32,000 nucleotides of DNA from Azospirillum brasilense. Its GTDB lineage: Bacteria > Pseudomonadota > Alphaproteobacteria > Azospirillales > Azospirillaceae. The notes beneath the pieces are model-generated. The model did not search any database. It worked only from the letters and a program-made list of their open reading frames with translations, and was not told the DNA's origin. The position numbers and the translations under genes were made by a program. This document shows positions 28,236-32,000 of this stretch, piece by piece; the first letter of the stretch is position 1, and every line of letters begins with the position of its first letter. The DNA lies in assembly GCF_008365405.1 (NCBI RefSeq), contig NZ_QOKV01000001.1, positions 411,333 to 443,332 of the forward strand, read 5' to 3'.

Positions 28236-30065
28236 GTGTCCCGTCATTCGTCGAAATCCCATCCGGTGTCCGAAGGGGCGCCCTCTGCCGCATCGCGCCG
28301 CAACCTGTCGCCGCTGCGCCGGCTGTTTCCCTTTCTGTGGCCGTATCGGCTGCAGATCCTGGGTGCCATGCTGGCCCTGACCGTGGCCGCCGGGACCGTC
28401 CTGGGGCTGGGGCAGGGGATGCGCGTCCTGGTGGACCAGGGCTTCGTCGCGGGTGACTCGGCGCTGCTCGACCGGGCGCTCCTCGTCCTGCTGGTGGTCA
28501 TCGTGCTGATGGCCGCCTCGACCTTCGGGCGCTTCTATCTGGTGAGTTGGATCGGCGAGCGGGTGGTGGCCGACATCCGCCGCGCCGTCTACAACCACGT
28601 GGTGAAGCTCTCTCCCGGCTTCTTCGAGACCACCAAGACCGGCGAGATCCTGACGCGCCTGACCACCGACACCGAGGTGCTTCAGACCGTGGTCGGCTCC
28701 TCCGTCTCCATCGCGCTGCGCAACACGCTGATGTTCGTGGGCGGCACGGCGATGCTGCTGGTGACCTCGCCGAAGCTGGCCGGACTGGTGTTCCTGGGCG
28801 TGCCGGTGGTCATCCTGCCGATCATCATCCTGGGGCGGCGGGTGCGTGCCCTGTCGCGGGCCAGCCAGGACAAAATCGCCGACCTCGGCTCCTTCGTCGA
28901 GGAGACGCTGGGCGCCATCCGCACCATGCAGGCCTACACGCACGAGGCCATTGACCGCAGCCTGTTCGGCGGGCGGGTCGAGGACGCCTTCGCCACCGCC
29001 CGGCGGCGGGTGACGGTGCGCGCCATCATGACGATGATCGTCATCGTGCTGGTGTTCGGTTCGGTCGGCCTGATCCTGTGGATCGGCGGGCACGACGTGC
29101 TGGCCGGGCGGCTGACGGTGGGGCAGCTCTCGGCCTTCGTCATCTACTCGGTGGTTGTCGCCGGTTCGGTCGGGGCGATCAGCGAGGTGGCCGGCGACCT
29201 CCAGCGCGCCGCCGGCGCCACGGAACGGCTGTTCGACCTGCTGGACACCGAGCCGGAGATCCGCGCCCCGGCCAACCCGCGCGCCCTGCCGGACCCGGCC
29301 CAGGGGGCGCTGTCCTTCCGCGATGTGCGGTTTCACTACCCGTCGCGCCCGGACTGGGCGGCGCTGAAGGATTTCTCGCTGGAGATCGAGCCGGGGGAAA
29401 CGGTGGCCCTGGTCGGCCCGTCGGGCTCCGGCAAATCCACGGTGTTCCAGCTTCTGCTGCGCTTCTACGACCCGCAGGCCGGGGCGGTCGCCCTGGACGG
29501 GGTGGACGTCCGCGACGCCGACCCGGTGGAGGTGCGGCGGCGGCTCGGCCTCGTGGCGCAGGACCCGGTGGTCTTCTCCGCCAACGCCTGGGAGAACATC
29601 CGCTACGGGCGTCCGGACGCCAGCGACGCGGAGGTGCTCGCCGCCGCCGAGGCCGCCCACGCGCTGGAGTTCCTGCAGGCCTTGCCGGAAGGGCTGGACA
29701 CCTTCCTCGGCGAGAAGGGCGTGCGCCTGTCCGGTGGGCAGCGTCAGCGCCTGTCCATCGCGCGGGCCATCCTGCGCGACCCGCCGGTGCTGCTGCTCGA
29801 CGAGGCGACCAGCGCGCTCGACGCGGAAAGCGAGCGCATGGTGCAGGACGCGCTGGACAAGCTGATGACCCGGCGCACCACGATCATCATCGCCCACCGG
29901 CTGGCGACCGTCCTGAACGCCGACCGGATCGTGGTGATGGAGCAGGGGCGCGTCGTCGCCACCGGGCGCCACGCCGACCTCGTCCGTGAGGGCGGCCTCT
30001 ACGCCCGCCTCGCGGCGCTCCAGTTCGACCGTGCGGCGGACGAGGCCGGGCTGGTCGGCGGCTAG
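28236..30065 (+). CDS. ABCB-type half-transporter (fused transmembrane + ATP-binding domains; MsbA/Atm1-like exporter)
   Basis: Six-TM exporter domain, then Walker A GPSGSGKST, signature LSGGQRQR and Walker B LLLDEATSALD. GTG 28236 is chosen because GGGGAG lies 5 nt upstream and it gives a typical 609 aa. ORF-track start 27984 is rejected. Confidence 0.88.
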   Translation: MSRHSSKSHPVSEGAPSAASRRNLSPLRRLFPFLWPYRLQILGAMLALTVAAGTVLGLGQGMRVLVDQGFVAGDSALLDRALLVLLVVIVLMAASTFGRFYLVSWIGERVVADIRRAVYNHVVKLSPGFFETTKTGEILTRLTTDTEVLQTVVGSSVSIALRNTLMFVGGTAMLLVTSPKLAGLVFLGVPVVILPIIILGRRVRALSRASQDKIADLGSFVEETLGAIRTMQAYTHEAIDRSLFGGRVEDAFATARRRVTVRAIMTMIVIVLVFGSVGLILWIGGHDVLAGRLTVGQLSAFVIYSVVVAGSVGAISEVAGDLQRAAGATERLFDLLDTEPEIRAPANPRALPDPAQGALSFRDVRFHYPSRPDWAALKDFSLEIEPGETVALVGPSGSGKSTVFQLLLRFYDPQAGAVALDGVDVRDADPVEVRRRLGLVAQDPVVFSANAWENIRYGRPDASDAEVLAAAEAAHALEFLQALPEGLDTFLGEKGVRLSGGQRQRLSIARAILRDPPVLLLDEATSALDAESERMVQDALDKLMTRRTTIIIAHRLATVLNADRIVVMEQGRVVATGRHADLVREGGLYARLAALQFDRAADEAGLVGG

Positions 30066-30129
30066 AAAGCCCTCCGCCCTTCGGACGCCGTGGCCGGAAC
30101 CCGTCCGCGCTTGCGGCGGTTGTCGAGCC

Positions 30130-30927
30130 ATGTCCACAGACGCGGCGCATCTTCCTTCACCGGCACGGGCGGCAGCGGGGCTTCCCTGGGCGGGATACCT
30201 GCTGGGTTTCGCGCTCGGCGGCTTTTTCGACGGAATCCTGCTGCATCAGGTTCTGCAATGGCATCACCTGCTATCGGCGGTCGAGTCCTCCGCCGTTCAG
30301 GACATCCGCGTCCAGATCCTGGCGGACGGCCTGTTCCACGCGGCGATGTACCTCATCGCGGCGGGCGGCCTGTGGCTGCTGTGGCGGAGCCGGCGCCGCT
30401 TCGCCGAGCCAGGGGCGGATCGTCTCCTCTTCGCCAACGCCCTGATCGGCTTCGGCGTCTGGCACATCCTCGACGGTGTCCTGTCCCATTGGATTCTCGG
30501 CATCCACCGCATCCGCATGGACTCGGCGAACCCGCTGCTCTGGGACCTGCTGTGGTTCGTCGTCTTCGGCGTCGCCGTTGTCGCGGCGGGCTGGCGGCTG
30601 CGGAGCGGCGGGGGAGCGGATGGCGGTGGCCGCGCCGCGCCGGTCGCCCTGACGCTGGCGGTTCTGATCGCCGGGCCGGTCGCCGCTCTGCCGCCGCCGG
30701 GCGTGAGCACGGTGATGGTGCTGTTCAAGCCCGGCACGACGGCGCCGGACGTGTTCGCTGCCGTAGCGGCGGTGGACGGGCGGACGGTCTGGCAGGACCC
30801 CTCCGGCCAGCTCTGGGCCATCGACCTGGGTGAGAAGGGCAATCCGACGACACTTTACCGGTACGGGGCCCTGCTGGTCAGCAACACACTGCTGCCGACC
30901 GGTTGTCTCGACTGGTTCCGGACCTGA
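30130..30927 (+). CDS. DUF2243-like membrane protein with an extra C-terminal TM segment and ~70-aa soluble domain
   Basis: GFALGGFFDGILLHQVLQWHHLLS and GVWHILDGVLSHWILGIHRI are His-rich TM motifs that I recall as DUF2243. ATG 30130 is Met49 of the ORF-track entry. Confidence 0.6.
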   Translation: MSTDAAHLPSPARAAAGLPWAGYLLGFALGGFFDGILLHQVLQWHHLLSAVESSAVQDIRVQILADGLFHAAMYLIAAGGLWLLWRSRRRFAEPGADRLLFANALIGFGVWHILDGVLSHWILGIHRIRMDSANPLLWDLLWFVVFGVAVVAAGWRLRSGGGADGGGRAAPVALTLAVLIAGPVAALPPPGVSTVMVLFKPGTTAPDVFAAVAAVDGRTVWQDPSGQLWAIDLGEKGNPTTLYRYGALLVSNTLLPTGCLDWFRT

Positions 30928-30942
30928 CGCGGCGGCGCCCGG

Positions 30943-32000
30943 TCACGCCACGCCGAGGCGGCGCAGCGTTGGCAGGCGCAGGCGGGTGAAGCGGTCGAAC
31001 CGGGCGCGCAGCTCCGCCATGTTCGCCTCTTCCCCGTCGAGCCGGGCGCCGTCGCGCGACAGGGCGAGCCCATCGGCCGACAGCGCTTCCCAGGCGGTCG
31101 CCGCGGGGTCGGTGCCGTTGCGTTGCGCCACCAGGAACAAGCCCTCCAGCCGCGACACCGCGACGCCGGAGCCGAGGACGGGCGACGCCAGCGTGTCCAG
31201 CGTGTCGTCGCGGCGGTTGCGTTCCAGGATGGCGGCGTTGAAGCGGTCGGCCTGAAGCGCACGCGCCGCCTGACCAGCCTCGGGCAGGGCGGGCGACACC
31301 AGCGCCAAGCTGGTCAGGATCATCAGCGCACGCAGCACCGCCGCCTCGCCGTGGTGGGCCAGGGCGGGGAGGGCGGACAACTCGGCCAGTGTGGGCGTGC
31401 CGGCGGCCAGCGCCTCGGCCAGCGGGCCGTGCAGGTCTTGCGGCAGGGGAACGCGCCCGACCGGGGCCAGCACGACTTCCGGCAAATCGTCGGGCGGCAC
31501 CAGAAGGGCGAAGCGGGTGGCGCGCAGCCGCTCCCGCCGCTCCGCCGCGGTCAACCGCTCGGCACCTTTCACGAACAGGTCGCGGCGGAAGGCGCGGTTG
31601 GTCAGCAGGTCGCGCAAGGTCTCGCGGTAGGCCGGGTCGCGCGCCTCGGCCAGCAGGGGCAGGGCGTCCGGCGGCAGGGACAGCTCGTCCATCTGCTCCA
31701 TCGGGACGGCGGGGCCGGCGAAGTCCAGCTTGGCCGCCGCCAGCTCCCGCGCCACGTCGGCGTGGTAGAAGGCCGTCCAGTCGCGGTTCAGATATTCATG
31801 GGCGATGTAGTTGGGCGACTTGCGCTTCAGCGAGTCCAGCCGCGCCGGCAGCGCGTCGGCCTGGGCGAGCCAGCCGGCGTTGAGGGCGGTCAGGCGGCTG
31901 GCGAAAGCCACGGCTTCCTCGATCCGCTCCGGCAGCGGGCCGGTGCGGTCGGCGCAATGCTCGACCAGGACGCGGCGCAGCGGCATATAGGCGAGCGTGC
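30943..32000 (-). CDS. Methyltransferase regulatory-domain protein, C-terminal part (5' end beyond window)
   Basis: The frame stays open to position 32000, upstream of the ORF-track Met. SPNYIAHEYLNRDWTAFYHADVAREL resembles the regulatory domain found C-terminal to class I SAM-dependent methyltransferases. Confidence 0.6.
   Translation of the reverse strand, partial: TLAYMPLRRVLVEHCADRTGPLPERIEEAVAFASRLTALNAGWLAQADALPARLDSLKRKSPNYIAHEYLNRDWTAFYHADVARELAAAKLDFAGPAVPMEQMDELSLPPDALPLLAEARDPAYRETLRDLLTNRAFRRDLFVKGAERLTAAERRERLRATRFALLVPPDDLPEVVLAPVGRVPLPQDLHGPLAEALAAGTPTLAELSALPALAHHGEAAVLRALMILTSLALVSPALPEAGQAARALQADRFNAAILERNRRDDTLDTLASPVLGSGVAVSRLEGLFLVAQRNGTDPAATAWEALSADGLALSRDGARLDGEEANMAELRARFDRFTRLRLPTLRRLGVA

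Overview
High-GC (about 65-70%) alphaproteobacterial chromosome, Rhodospirillales/Azospirillum-like by protein sequence (inference; no search was possible). Positions 1-18,000 are core translation genes on the + strand: the rpoC 3' end, an inserted DJ-1/PfpI gene, the str operon (rpsL-rpsG-fusA-tuf), the S10 and spc ribosomal-protein operons (rpsJ to rplO), secY and adk. The cluster stops at a bidirectional terminator after adk. rpsM-rpsK-rpoA-rplQ do not follow. Positions 18,000-32,000 are mixed. They hold a GntR regulator and DMT transporter divergent from a tightly coupled FGase-like amidohydrolase and YbdK/GCS2 carboxylate-amine ligase. After these come metY plus an alpha/beta hydrolase, a soluble triple-PAS histidine kinase, and an hsp20 gene with a sigma32-type promoter and a ROSE-type RNA thermometer signature. 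The window ends with a DUF1465/RcdA-like gene, Cys-less rpmE, an ABCB-type exporter, a DUF2243 membrane protein and the 3' part of a methyltransferase regulatory-domain gene. I saw no rRNA, tRNA, CRISPR array, transposase or phage gene. The best candidate for an uncharacterised system is the amidohydrolase-ligase / transporter-regulator locus with a perfect 20-bp palindrome at the transporter start. That case is modest and inferential. Other items worth follow-up are terminator-containing leaders upstream of rpsL and rpsJ and a structured metY leader. All protein calls rest on motifs recognised in the supplied translations, not on database searches.
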